A stretch of DNA of 63,789 bases, filler included, from Polymyxa betae A26-41 (GCA_003693705.1; 6 parts of 6 records of this genome joined end to end with filler, not necessarily neighbours in it); one strand, 5' to 3'. Counted from the first letter of the whole stretch, positions 25,900-39,596 are shown. Numbers and translations: made by a program. The notes: generated by a model from the letters alone, not told the origin.

Positions 25900-28800
25900 G
25901 ATACTAGTAACGTGTCTTAGACCTGGAAAGGTGGCAGCGGACAGAGTCGACCCGACCGCCAAAATCCGTCTTGGCCACTGGTCCAGCAAACACGTTACAG
26001 ACGGGAACATTTGCGGACGGAGGGCGGCGCAACCCTCACCCGAGCCAGGGCCGACTCTAACCGGAGCGCAGCCCTCTTCACATCCGGCCTCGACTTCCCC
26101 CGGACTTTCGCCATTCTGCCAAAATCGCAATCTCAGCTACCGATATTCATCCTCTTCTGCACGCCAAACCTCGTCAGCTGAGTTTGACTCCGTGAGTCCG
26201 ACACAGGGGCCAGTACGTCTGGACGCAGCCTCTGAGCGCTGGCCACACGCGGTATGCAGGCGGTTGGGGATGCGGTCTGGCGAAAGGCAGGAGCCGAGGC
26301 GCACCGCGACATCGCTGATGGTTTTCGGACCGGACTAGCGGACTCCGTCACGGATGCCGGTGGCGGCAACGCCGCCAGCCTGCAGTTGAGCAACTCAATT
26401 ACCAGATAGGGTAACATGACGATTTCGTTACGGTTGCGAAGGCGGAGGCCAGCTGCCGCCGCACGACAGCAGCGTGGGCCAGCGCGACCGGTCGCGCAGC
26501 AGCGGCGCCTGACGTTCCGGGAAGAACTCGGCGCAGTCCCTGTCGGCCACCGGCTGCGACAGGTCAGAGCCGCCGTGCATGCGATTCAGGGCGCCGATCA
26601 GGCGCAGCGTGTACTGGCGGCGTCGCTCGGAGACCGAATCCACGTCCAGTACGACCTTCCAGGTGGCCTGACCGAGTTGGGTTGCAGTCAGTGAGCAGAT
26701 CTAAGAGAAACCCTAACCCTAGCAAAACCCTAGACCTTAGAGTGTCCCAAAACCGATTCGGGATAAATTGTCTGCGAAAGCCTTTTAATCAAAAAGCGCA
26801 ACGTTTTTGAACTAAACAATTAAAAGAATTTAAATTCCGTGAAAGCATACTGGTGAATCGCCGCTGTCCGCGGATTCCTGGAGGCGTCCGAGCCATGAGC
26901 CGTCCGGGAAACTCCATAGATCCGCCACGGGGTAGTCGGAGTCGCGACCGGCGGCTACGGTCAGGATGGCCGCTGGGGTGGACCCCAGCACCAGCTCGAT
27001 CTGATCGACGGGCTGACAGCCGACCTGGAACTCGCCCAACAATCCCGTACGGAGTTGCTTGGCAGACACAGCACGGTCGATTTTGACAGACGCGCTGATT
27101 ACAGGATCTCTGCTATTAGACGGCGAATCTGTAACATCAGGTGACTTTTCCAGAAGATTTTACGTTTCAGAGCAACTTGATAGTGAAACAATATTTTACG
27201 TTACGAAGCACGGGAATGTTGAAAAGGTGAACGCAACCGTGAAACGTTACAAATCGTTACATGCCTTTCCAGAACTTTATGTTACAGAGCAACGTGACAG
27301 TGAAACAATATTTTTACGTTGCTTAACTCATTGTACGGAAATGTTGAAAAGGTGAATACAACCGTGAAACGTTACAATTCGTTACATGATAATACAGAAT
27401 ATGGAGGAAACTGCGGGAATTGCGTTACCTGAGAGGTTTTTGATTTCTGAGTCTGTAAACAGGTCCCATATACGGACTACGCCGCTGTCATCACCGATAT
27501 AGAGACGGTTCTGTGCGGAGTCCGCGCATAGCGCCGTGACTACAGTGGGTCCATTCTCCTATTGAGATGACGTTAGCGTAGGTGGTAACGAAACCGCATC
27601 GATTGGCGTTACGAATGTGTAGAGCAGAGTGGCGACATTTCTCGGACTTCGCAAGGCCCATACACGGACTTGGGCCTGATTATCAGCCGCCACCAACATG
27701 GATCTGACATTCACGAACTGCAATGCCGTGATAGATCGACGGATTCCGCCGGCATAATCACCATAGTTGGACAGTTGAGCCTCAACACGCCCGTTACGTA
27801 AATCCCACCTGGGCGGAGTCAGTGAGCAGCCCACACAATGTCTTTTCATACAAAAAAAAACGAAAATTTTACAATACAAGTCAGAGATTCTAAGAAAAGG
27901 CGCAAATGGATGAGAAAGGAGACGAGAACGACGGAAGTGGGAAAACGAAAAGAAACATTTTTTTAAACAAAAATAATTGTTTGAAAGCCTTCAAAAAATT
28001 GAAAAAGATAGTTTAAGTTCTCGAAGAAATAAGAAATAGATAGTTTTAAGTCCAAAAAAATAAGAAAATAGATAGTTTTCGAGCCTTGAAAGGGAAACAT
28101 TGTGACAAAAAATGGTTGAAAATCCAATCAGTGATGTTCGATTACAGATGAATTTTGCCGTCGCTATCGCCTGCTGCAATCAGCTGCAGCACATACGATA
28201 CACCAGCAGTCGTGATATGGATGCGGGCGCCACCAGCCTGGTGCCGCGATCCGCGCTGCGACGACGCCGGCGGCGGTGTGCGTAGACCCAGGGCCAGGAC
28301 GACCCGCGGCTGGTCCAGGGGCCGCTCGTCGTGCAGGCGGACGATGGGGTCCTGGGGGCCCCAGGACAGGACCGCGTGCCGCTCCAGACAGTACGCCAGC
28401 CCGCCAACTTCTCCCTGTTGCCGGGTCAACGACTTCAGGAAGTCGCCGCTCCCGGTGCCGTACTGGACCACAGATTGCAAATCAATGTATTGCTTCGTCA
28501 TTGAGCGCCTTAAACAGCTGTGCAAAACTAGCAGCAATTGCAACAAAAATGTAACGAAACTGTGGGATGTAACGAAGGCTGTAACATTAAGTGAGAAAAC
28601 AGCAGCTAGGTTGAACGTACGACGTTGATATTCCCGGCACAGTCGCCGACAATGAGTTTCTTTCCTTCCGGCCCGAGGCACATGGCTGCGCGAGCAGATT
28701 AGAAACATTTGGGCCAGCACGACCGTGCAACGGACCTGTGATATCCTCACAACCGCCAAGGACGAACACTTGCAGAATGCGGCCGCGAACGCCATCCCAG

Positions 28801-31704
28801 ATCTGGCAGCAGAGTGAGGTCAGGCAAAAACCCTAACCCTAAACCCTAACCTGAGCACGGTTTCCAACGGCAACCACGAAGGTGAGCGTGAACGGATTGA
28901 AAACGGCGCAGGAGACGCGACCGGTGCCCCGGGACGCGTCGGTATCGTCGAGACGCGCACTGTCATGTCCGAAGACCGCCACGGTATCCTCCGACGAACA
29001 CGTTACGATGCGGCGATGCGGTGCTGGACACACAGCCAACGACGTTAGGGACGCCGTGGTCATCAGCGTCTGGCAGCATTGGAAATTGCGCACATCCCAT
29101 CTGTGATGGTCGGTGAGTCCACAGCTCCGATTAGAAACGCAAACGCCATTGTAACAGCAACCATGACGTTGCTGTTAATTGCAACGAAGAAGCATTTTTT
29201 TAAGGTAAAAAAAGTTTTTTTTTCAATAATATACAACTTTAAAAAGAATCAATAAATCTTTTTTTAACTTACGCTACTAAGTCCTTTCAGGCAAAAACTT
29301 AAAAGAAAGAGAGTGTTCATAGAAAAATCTTTACGTTACACGCAAGCCAGTAACAGATGTCCAAATTCAAGACGGAAAATGTCAGACAAATACGGGAATT
29401 TAAAACTGGTTAAGAATATCATGAAAATCACGTTACATTTTCATCCAGCCGTCGGCATCAGCGGTAACGATCTGCGGCGATCCCGGCACGAATTGGACGT
29501 GGACAATTGCCGCAGAATGACCCGACAGTCGGCACATCAACGAGTCCGCGAACGGCGACCAGACGCACACCTATTCGCGCGATTCAGTGCGATCCATCCT
29601 CCAGTTCGGTAACGTAACCACATTGTGGTTAATGTTACATTGTGATGTTTCACGTTACCTGCCGATCCAGACCCCCGCTGAGCAGGAACTTGTATTCGTC
29701 GCCGAACGCCAACGTCGCCACGCCTTTCTGATGACCTTGGAACGTCCTAGTAACGTTAGACGTAGTCCGTGGGGGCAGCCCCAATTTACGTTACGTACTT
29801 GGAGTTCACTCCGGTGGAAACATCCCACAGTTTGATCTACCGCAAATGTAACGTCAGATATGTCACACGAATGAAACGTAGGTTATTATGTTACCACTGA
29901 GTCGATAGACGCACTGGCAACGAGCTCCAGACTGTTGAGGACTTCTAACGATGTGATCATGTCCGAATGAGGAAGGCCGTCCCTGGCGATTCCGCTAAAC
30001 GGCGTGATCGTGGCGTTTTCGACATCGATCACGTTCAAGCATCCGTTTGCAGAGCCTGATGATATCCATGATCAGGTCCGAACTCACGGAAATGTCCGGC
30101 TTCGACAAACAACGAAATTGTAGAAAAAAAATTTCAGTGCTTTTTTATCAAGCCTCAAAAGTTTGTTGAAAGTTTCGAAGAAATAAAAAAGCTTTTTCCG
30201 GCTTCGACAACAACGAAATCGTTCAAAAAATTCGTTGAAAGTTTCCAAAAAAAAAAAAATTCCCGATTTTGAAGAAAAATGAAATCGTTCAAAAAAAAAT
30301 TTAAAGGCATCAAATTTTTATTAAAAATTTTGAACAAAATAAAATATATTCAAAAAACTAGAGGAACATTGTACAATCAGGAGTGAAAAAAATCATGTCC
30401 GTGTCGACCTGCGAAGAGGCGCGAACAGCAAGGGACCCATTCAAGGGCGGTCTGCGGCTCCGGGGTCGCAATCCGTTGCTGGGCGGCATCTCGTCCCGCC
30501 AACCAGACCGACGATGACCAGAGCATGACGGCGGCCACATCGGCCGTGGCCAGACGGACTCCGAAACGGCCATCGGCCGTTGCCGACCACGTCTCCATCG
30601 CCACAATATTCCTTCGGTCCAGTTTGATTGCTTTCCGCCGGCGCCTGAAGCCGACTGAGTCGGGGAAACCCTAAAACCCTAAACCCTACAGATCCTGCGG
30701 ATGCAGCAGATTCAAACGGCCCACGAGCGGCTCATATAATAGAACGCGGTCCAGCGGGGTGCCGGCGTACTGGACCAGGCGGCCGGGGTCGCGGCCGTAC
30801 CGGCCCGCTAGTCGCAAAGCAGGGCCGCAGGCGTCGTACGAGCGGATCGGATCCGAACCGATTCCGGCCGTGGCCGCGGTCATTCCCAGGGTGATGATGG
30901 TGGCTGTAACAGGTTCAGGCGTGCGGCCACCGCAGGGTAACGTGATGCACCTAGGAACTCGTCGAATTCCAGATCCATGTTGCTGTGCTACACGTTACTG
31001 TTGTCACAATATACTCGATCAAAAGTTCAAGATATCCGCACTTTCAAGAAAAAAAATAGAAAAAACCTGTAAAAAAACTTCAGCAAGTGGCTTCGAAAAG
31101 TTAACGATACCGCGCTTTCAAGAAAAACATAGAAAAAATCTGTAAATTTTTGTTAAGCAAGTGGAAATCCAAGAATTAGGCCGCCGTAGAATGCTGAACA
31201 AAAATCAAAAAAGAACATCATCAGAGAATGTCGATCTGGTTGTTCAACATTGAAAGATTTCGAAATAGAGGAATTCAATCGATGAAGACCTGTCTAAATC
31301 CATGCTTTTGAAGAGTTCAACCAATGCCGATACAAGCTGGATAACACAATCTGAATAGTCGTTGTGATTCGGCTTTGCCAGAATTCTACCTCCGGACGAT
31401 CAACAGCGGCCAGCGACGACGGCACGCACTGCATCATCAGGTCGATGAACTGGGCGAGGTTGATCGAGCTGCGTTCGCAGGCACGAAACCCGGCCTCAAT
31501 GCGACGAATCGCCCGTTCATCCAGCGCCATAATCAGCTGCATGGTGAGGTCGCTCTGGCGTCGTAGGCGCCCGAAATGACGCATTCGCGGCGTATCCTGC
31601 GAAACCGATGTTCGTCTGAGCGAGTTTTGATCGAAAGGGTCAGACGACCTCGATTGGCTGAATCGCCGAGAGGTCGGAGATGCGTCCGGCGTGGCCGTCA
31701 CCAT
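25900..31704 (-). CDS. Intron-rich EF-hand plus WD40-repeat protein (WDR49/EFCAB8-like); 3' end approximate
   Basis: INLAQFIDLM and LVELFKSMDLD EF-hand pair; WD motifs HSDMITSL...VASASIDS, RIVTCSSE, RAQIWDG, KLIVGDCAGNINV, QVRVWAL; several introns checked in frame by hand. Confidence 0.75.
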
Positions 31705-31948
31705 CGTCGGAATCACCGCCTTTTAAATCAGCGGCCGCTACGACGTTAAGTCGTAGCGCATATGCTCGGGCCTGCTCCCCGGCCGGCGTCGGCGGCCGAT
31801 AACGCCACATTTCGGGGTTGTACGACCGAGGCGAGCTGAGGGTGACCACCCGTCACAGGAGGGCGTTCCGATGGTTTTTGGAAACAATACTTTCAAACAA
31901 TGCTTTTAAAAGATGAAGGCTTCGCTGATCTGCGATCGCAAAAAAGAA

Positions 31949-32021
31949 AGGCCCTGCGCAGACTCGAACTGCGGTTGCAGGAATCAGAACCCTGCGTGAT
32001 AACCACCTACACTACAGAGCC
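31949..32021 (-). tRNA. tRNA-Gln(CTG)
   Basis: Cloverleaf GGCTCTG...CAGGGCC, anticodon loop TT-CTG-AT, GTTCGAG T-arm, T-run downstream. Confidence 0.95.
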
Positions 32022-33409
32022 AATAGAGAGAACTTTTGACAAACCTGGCTTCCAGAATAAGTGCGTGACCCTGTGCACCAAGTACTACTGTACTCTACAC
32101 TTTCTCATTTAGTCATTTACAAGATTTTTACTTTATAAGCGCGCGATATTTACTTTACCTAAAATATCTAAATAAATCTAACTAACTTCTGCAATCACCT
32201 GTTTTTGCAAACACTGTTTCCTGGATTAGCTATCTCAACCACTCAACAATGCCTATCAGATGATGATAGGTTTCAACTAAAGAGAGAAGAAGCAATCGCT
32301 AAAAGCAGTTGATTGAAGAAGTTATTTTATTTCATAAAACAGATTCTTGGTAGGTTAGTAATGTATAAAGAAATGTAATTCGCGTGCTGAATAATGAATC
32401 ACGTAGAGAAAAGAATACGAAACTATTCTCACAGATGGTGTAGGCGGGCTGCGCACTCTATGTTATGGATAACGTGAGTCAACAATGCCATTTCCCATAA
32501 TGGGAAAGTTTTATAGTTTGTGATGTCTTACAATTGTGTTAGTGCTGCTCGCTCACATTAAGTTATGAGATAAATTGAAACCACGAGAAGCAATCTCATC
32601 ATTTCTGCCATTCGCAAATCTCAGAACAAAATGTGGTCGTGCTTAAGATGTGAACATATCACCTCCTTCGTCATCTGTTGAACTGAAGTGCCGAGATTAT
32701 CACAGCGTCATCAAGGCGGTTTCAAAAAGGGCGCCATTGATGAGTCCCGGTCAAACAACCAGCAGCAGAATACCTGATGCCGAAGCAGACAGTTTTGGCA
32801 GTCACAAATCACACTTTTGCTAGACGTCTTACAGACATAACATCTGGTCTTCTTAGGCCGGTAAAAGACTGCGACGACTCTCCTCCTTCGGATAAAAACC
32901 CTAACCCTAACCCTAGACAAGACACATAAATTCAGTGCAAAATAGCTGTCAGCAACCTCAACAAATGCTGTATCCGTTCCGGCTTTTGGCTGCTTGCTAC
33001 AGATTTTATGTTTGCCCATTTTGCTCAATATTCGGAAAGCAATTCTGCATAGAAAAAGCAGTTGGATTTTGTTGTCTAAGACCTCAATAAAGAGCTGTTC
33101 TCACAGATGCCGAAATTTATCAGTCTGTACTGTTGTCGGTTCATATTTCTATACCGGCGAGGTTGCGTCCTCGAGGTCAGGAGACCGCCAGGCTGCATTC
33201 TCGCAAGTCCATATTACCGTCTTAAACCCGACTCGCTCTTTCGACTAACTTCTGCCAACCCTCACATCTTCTCACCTTTTCTACAGGAAGATGCGGTAAC
33301 AGTGACACTACGTGATAAAAACCCGATATGTTTGAAAATGCTGGGAGAGCCGCACCTATGCATTGTTTGGCGGGTACGGCTCTCCCAAAAAAATTATTAA
33401 AATTTGAGT

Positions 33410-34379
33410 CTAGGCGCTCTGCCTAGAGGAAAAAATGTTTTTAGGTGTGTAACTTGACTGTATCTCGAAGCGGTAATCATCGTCACACTGCTGGATGAAA
33501 TCAAGGACCAGAGACTCGGCGCCATTGTTGTTGACCCACCAGTTCTCAAAGCAGTCTGGGTGAGTTATAACAGGGAGTGGCAGCTCCACTTTATAGACGT
33601 ACTCCAGTGGGGTATAGGCTTTGAAATAGGACATTAGACATTGTCTTTGATCGTCATCGTCGACGTCATAATCTTCATGATCGTACTTTTTCTTATTAGC
33701 GAACATTTTCGCCGTCAGTCTGTTGGGGCTGCGGATATGAAACAGAATTTCAAAACCGTCTTTCGATATTTCCTGCGTAATATCAGTTCCTGGAAACAAT
33801 GTAAATATAACGATAGTGTGATGTTTCAAGGTTTGATGGTCCAGATAGTGCGTAATGTGGTGCATTTGCAAGCGATTTTCAGAATTGGTATCAGCTTCGA
33901 CAGCCGAATGGATCGCTTCGACTTTGGATTGTGTTGGGGTCATGTTCTTCGAAGGGCAGGGTGGTGATGAGGATGGGCGTTTTCCGCCGAATATGATCGG
34001 CGTAGACGGAATTCTGGGTTTTTTGTCAGGCCGCGTTAAATCATCACCGCCGAACACTGTTTTTATATCGGCAGGATAAGAATCGAAGGAAGACTGATTT
34101 GAGTCAGCGATGGAGTCACTATCGCCTTTCACTAAAATAAAGAATTATTATCCGGAAGGCTGGAAGCAAACAGTACTTACATCCTCTCCAAAATATATTG
34201 GCCTGATTATTAATATCCCGGGCCAATACTTTCGCCAACATCGGTAGCTTCACCTTAATATCTTTGCCTGTCGGCTGCTTCACGGCCCCCTTGGCACACT
34301 CACTCCTCATCAGACAATGCAGATAGGGCTTGACAAAGTCGAACGATGACGGGGAATTGGTCGGCCATGGCACAGACAT
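33410..34379 (-). CDS. Hypothetical protein (probably 2 exons)
   Basis: 240-aa stop-free frame preceded by an 86-aa ORF; no recognisable domain. Confidence 0.4.
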
Positions 34380-34541
34380 GATTCAGCAACTTCCCGACAC
34401 GGCATTTCTCGTTACGTACACGTAACGTGTCCTTGTTCGTCNNNNNNNNNNNNNNNNNNNNNNNNNNNNNNNNNNNNNNNNNNNNTTAATTAATTAANNN
34501 NNNNNNNNNNNNNNNNNNNNNNNNNNNNNNNNNNNNNNNNN

Positions 34542-35300
34542 CGTACGCCTAGCAGGGTCGATCTCGATCTCATAATGACATGTAATAAACGACCATACAT
34601 CATTATTTCCTTCGCAAATACAAAACGGATGAAATCTTTTCTCCATCCTACAGATCCAGACATGATAGAAAGTATCAAAAACAATGGCATAACCATAGAC
34701 ACGAAGAGGCTCGAGACAGCATTTACAGAATTCCCTCACCCGGGAACGGATCCCCTCGGCAAACTAACATAACAGAATTCTTGAACTCACTCAGCATAGC
34801 AAGCACAACAGCAAACCATACAAAGTCTGAAAGACGACAGGAAACCATTAACGACCTAACATAATCTGGAAATGAGAATGGTAGAAGACAATACAGAAGA
34901 CAGATACAATTATCAATTAAAGATCCTCCAACGGAATGCATGTATACTAAATTCTGAAAAACTGGCACATTTGGAATTCTAGAAGATAGATGTAATCCTC
35001 ATTTTAGAGCACGGTGTTAGCAGGATGAGACAACAAATCAAATAGCGTGAATTTGACGAGCCTGAACAAGACGTTTGAAAGGGAGGGACGAGAGGCATAA
35101 ATAGTGATCAGACCTAATCCAGGAAATCCTCTGCTGAGATTAGAAATGTACCATTAGGTCTGAAGCAAACAAGGGTCATTGGAATGTATCATACACTGGG
35201 TGGGCATGGAACTATGAAAGCGGCCAACGATACCTCTCAGTGTTCACATTGACCATGATATTGGATAGTTCGCCAATGTAATCCTGTGAGCTAAGAAACA
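34542..35300 (+). pseudogene. Highly degenerate non-LTR retrotransposon (ORF1 end / APE endonuclease start)
   Basis: LKILQRNA at ~34917 followed by DVILILEH resembles an APE N-terminus. Confidence 0.4.
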
Positions 35301-35673
35301 TTTCAGACCTTCCCATCATTGACAATGCGCAGATGCACACCATCAACAGCCTGCGTGTTTCACACTTGCTCGTGACGACGTAGTCGAAACTACAAGTCGA
35401 TGTGAGCGCAGATTGAATGAGAACACGTTTGTATTATGTAGGCGTGGGCCAGTGCGGCCGGAATGCTGAGCAATGCATTGTAGTCTGTGATCGTCTCCAC
35501 ACCGAAATTGAACAATTTCAGAAATTCTGGAAACAAGCTAAACATTGGCAGAACGAAATTCTTTGGTGGTGAACCGATATCGGTCCATTTCAAGGACAGA
35601 TTTTTGTGTAGAACAAGACTGTCATTAGAGATGAGAGATCCATCTCGGAGCTGATTCATAGAATGATCGGCAA

Positions 35674-36000
35674 TTAACAGTTTAGATCGGCAGTCACCTC
35701 GGGAACATTGTCTTTGAAGTTTTCAATGATTGAAGCGATTCCCCCAGAGTGCCTGAAAACTCCGGAGATCTTTCCGACAGCGTTCCATGACACATCGCAG
35801 AACAGGAAGACACACATTAAACATCCAGATCTGTACTTTCCCATCAACCTTCTTCCAAATTCGTTCATAATTTCGGGAGGCCCAGGACAATTTCCGATAC
35901 AGATTTGCAATCAGAATTCGTTTTTGTAATGCGTTCTGAACATAACGGATTCGTTTGATTTCGCTCACATCCAGATCATGTCCTTGCACATTGAGAACTA
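35674..36000 (-). pseudogene. Fragment carrying a Cys/aromatic motif paralogous to 37640-37770
   Basis: CLPVLRCVMERCRKDLRSFQALWGNRFNH. Confidence 0.45.
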
Positions 36001-36784
36001 ATTCAGAGTTGATCTTGGAGTATTGAACTGCATCATCTTCGGACTTTGAAGACAGAAAATGAAGTTCCTCATTATTAGGAGTTTTGATCTAATCTACAGT
36101 CAATATACAGAGGGACAAAGAGGCTTCTGAAATTCACCAGAAACTTGCAGAGACTGTTATAATCATTGATATCAGTCACATCATAATTGAAGGAATACAG
36201 AAGGTCTGTTGGCGATGATGTCTCGTCAATACGAGGACGTTTCCGGGAGATTGTTTTAACTGGTTCATTATTCTAAACATGAATATTTCAGAGATTTCTA
36301 AGACATGAGACTTGATAATGAAACAATACAATGATAGTTTCCTGAATGGGAGGTAAATCTGGAACATTATCTAAATGGTGTAATGAAGATGTTGATGTTG
36401 ATAACATTTCAATATCCAGATCAAAATCGAAAGTAGAATCTATGAAGCTGTTGAGATCGGAAAGATCCGAAAAATCCTGGATTGAATTATAGAGGATCGG
36501 ATCCTGTAATGCAGGTTAAATGAGGCGTGACTTGTTTCTGACAGAGCAACGTTACTCTGGTGTCTGTAACATGGAACTCGAAATCTGGAGTGACTTCCTG
36601 ACAGTCTGTAACATTACTCTGCACAGAGGCAAGTATAGCCCCGCACTCAGATATGCTGAGTATGAGGAATACAGGCCCTGGGCCAACCATTTTCATGCAA
36701 ATGAAGTCCGTCTCATATCGCGCACTTCCTGGTTCGCCAGCTCTCAACAAAAATTCTCTCATTTTTTCTCATTTATTCGAACAA

Positions 36785-38129
36785 TGTCATGGCTATCGCA
36801 AGAAATTGGTTCTCTTCTTGACAGAATGGGGCCGATCCCAGCCGACGGCGTCCAGCAGCTCCATTTCCCGCTACAGAAGCAATATCAACCTCTGCGATCA
36901 TGACTCTGCTCATTCGAGTGATCTTCTCGTATCTGCTTCTTCTGCTGACCTGGGCGAGCTTCAAAACCAGTTCATAACCGAGCTCTGCGTGCTCAGCAAT
37001 GAGCTCAAGCTCCGAATCACGTCTGGGCAGATCAGGCGACCCTGTACATGGGACCAGTACGGGTTTCTGTTCCGGTTGGAATGATTACTGAACCAATTAA
37101 TGATATTCCTCAAGACTCTTGATTCATCATATTTGAGATAGATATCAAATATGTGTTATTTTCAGCTCTAGAATATGCCAGGAAATGTTTTCATGAAAAC
37201 CCCTTCATGCTGTCGGGGAAGCAAGGAGGCCGCGCCTCATCTCGGTGTGCAATCTACTCTTCGTGAACGTCACTACCCTCATCTTAAATGGGCTGCAGAG
37301 GCGCATTTGACTCTGTGTGATTTTCTGGTGAGATTTGTTCATATTAAATGCGGAATCTCACACTGAATTTGTCATTCAGAAAAAGCAGCCTGATGACGAT
37401 GAGTTCGCGTTTCTTACTGATTCAAACAAATTCATTAAAACAGAGCGCAAAACCAAAGCTGCAAAAGACCCCCTTATTATCAAATATCTCGATGATCAGC
37501 TCATATTGACCGAAACGTCGCAAATTTCTACTTCGAAGACCACGTTAGAGAAGTTGATATTGGTGGCCAGATTATGTCTAAGATTAGTTCGGGCCAAGAT
37601 TGCCGACCCGAAATTGAACCTGAAGCGTGATCACAGTGATAACTGGGCCCAGCGAACATGTTACTCAGTACTTTCATGTGTTCGAATATGCTGTCAGAAT
37701 GATCTTCGGGTGTTTCAATCTCGATGGGGAAATCCGTTTACGCATAGTCATTTTGGGGAGCTTTGTTCTAGGCACAAAAGCAAGAGTAATCAGTGCGGAT
37801 TTGAGACTCTCATTGTCAAAGATAAGATGAAATACTCCATCAGATCACAACTAGTTCGTGATAGAAGACGCCGTGCTCATTGTGTATTGAGATATTCTCT
37901 GAAAGGATTTGAGACGGTATTACTGTGTTTGTATTTTCTGAATATATCACAGAAGAAGATGTTGGAGTGTATTCAGCGAATGAATAATCACATGAATGAG
38001 CTGAAGTTGAATCCATCACCTGATCTGAGTGAATATCTCGAAAATTCTCTAAATCCAATATTATACTGTCTTGAACAAATTGTAATAATGATGTCAATTA
38101 TTTCTCTCATATATTTGGACATCATATAA
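36785..38129 (+). CDS. Hypothetical multi-exon protein with a Cys/aromatic motif
   Basis: 264-aa frame containing CYSVLSCVRICCQNDLRVFQSRWGNPFTHSHF, plus upstream coding-like segments. Confidence 0.45.
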
Positions 38130-39596
38130 ATTATTATCAATTTCAACAGAATCATTGTCCTGGACCTACTGGACAATGTCCTGCTCTATCTGCTGTTAAT
38201 GCTAACGATAGTACTTAATCAGTAAACGATTGTTCAATTTGACTCGGATCTTCAAGTACCTAAAGCTCCATATTATTCTCTTCAGAAAAATGGTTTCATA
38301 AAACCAGTGACCAAGCAATACCAAAATTCTGAATGTATTGTTTCTACAAATTCGGACAGAATGGTAATGGAGTCTTAGATTCTAAAGACGAGGGTCGTAG
38401 AGACAAAGGGAAAACAGAGATACAAAGGAGAGAGGACTAAAACACGAAGTGTGTATTATTGTACATTTAGTTTTCCCAGCACACAAACGCTCATGTGCAT
38501 CATGGCCAGGAATGACCGTTGAGATGAGCCCGCAGTCTGCAGTCGAGCTCTCCCATGGCGATGCAGGTGAAATGCTCTAATTCTACAATGGCGAATTCGT
38601 CAAGATGCCACAGCTGATTCTCTATCGGTCCTACTGTTAATCTTCAACCAGAAGATGTTAATCCGGAAATTGTTGTCAATATTAACAGAATTGCCATCAT
38701 TATGGGACCCTACTCCGTCCGCCTATATGAAGCCAACCTACAAACAAGACATAGGTCATTGGCAGCTGTAGGCCATGAAATAGACAAGATATCCGATAGT
38801 GTTTATTGCTGGCGGACATTTGACCTATAAATGATATCAAAGTTCATGAACGTTCATAGATTTACTGCAATCAGTGAATGCAATCTTGAAAAAACAAGAA
38901 GCTTTCTGCCTAACGTTTTATTAAGAAAAAACGGACAAGTACCTAATCCCGATTTTCATACTTCACAAAATGGCGTTTCCGTTCACATATCCTGGCTTAA
39001 ACAATTGGCCAAGTAAACGAATGCTGTCAATATAAAAGAAGAGAAATTCAAGTTTTTTTCATGTTTTTAGCAAGCAGCATTTAATCATACATTGCTACAG
39101 CAACATTGCGAGATAGAAGCGAGAATATTATTCATGTGTATTTACAAAGATCAAAAGAGTTGTTCGAGATCTGTTCGGCAAAGAGGGCAGCGGAATGAGC
39201 GGACTTGTGACACCATGAGTTCTTTTACACAATCCAGATGCAGAAAATGCTCACAGAAATGCAGGGAGCAGATTTCAAGTTTCATCTGAACACAAACTCA
39301 GCGAACAATTCTCTCTCGAAAATCCAATACATCATCGAGGTCTTCGACGGGAACGGGTTCGCCATTCTCATCCAGCATCGCATAACAGCATATTGCACAA
39401 TCGGCAGTGACGAAATTCCGCTTCTGGACAAAATTATCAACGGAATTGCGGAAAAAAATGCAGAAAAAATTACAGATTCCAGATCGTGTTGCGTGATTTT
39501 GAAGGGCCTCACTCTGGCCTGTAAATCTATCTGATATTAAGAGAGGTATTATGAGAGCGTTTAAAGGCATTACCATGTGTATAATCGGGGCAGATA

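Noticed and set aside
31900-32112. ORFs with shared peptides (31900/54149 and 43653/52615)
   Set aside because: They are translations across duplicated tRNA genes
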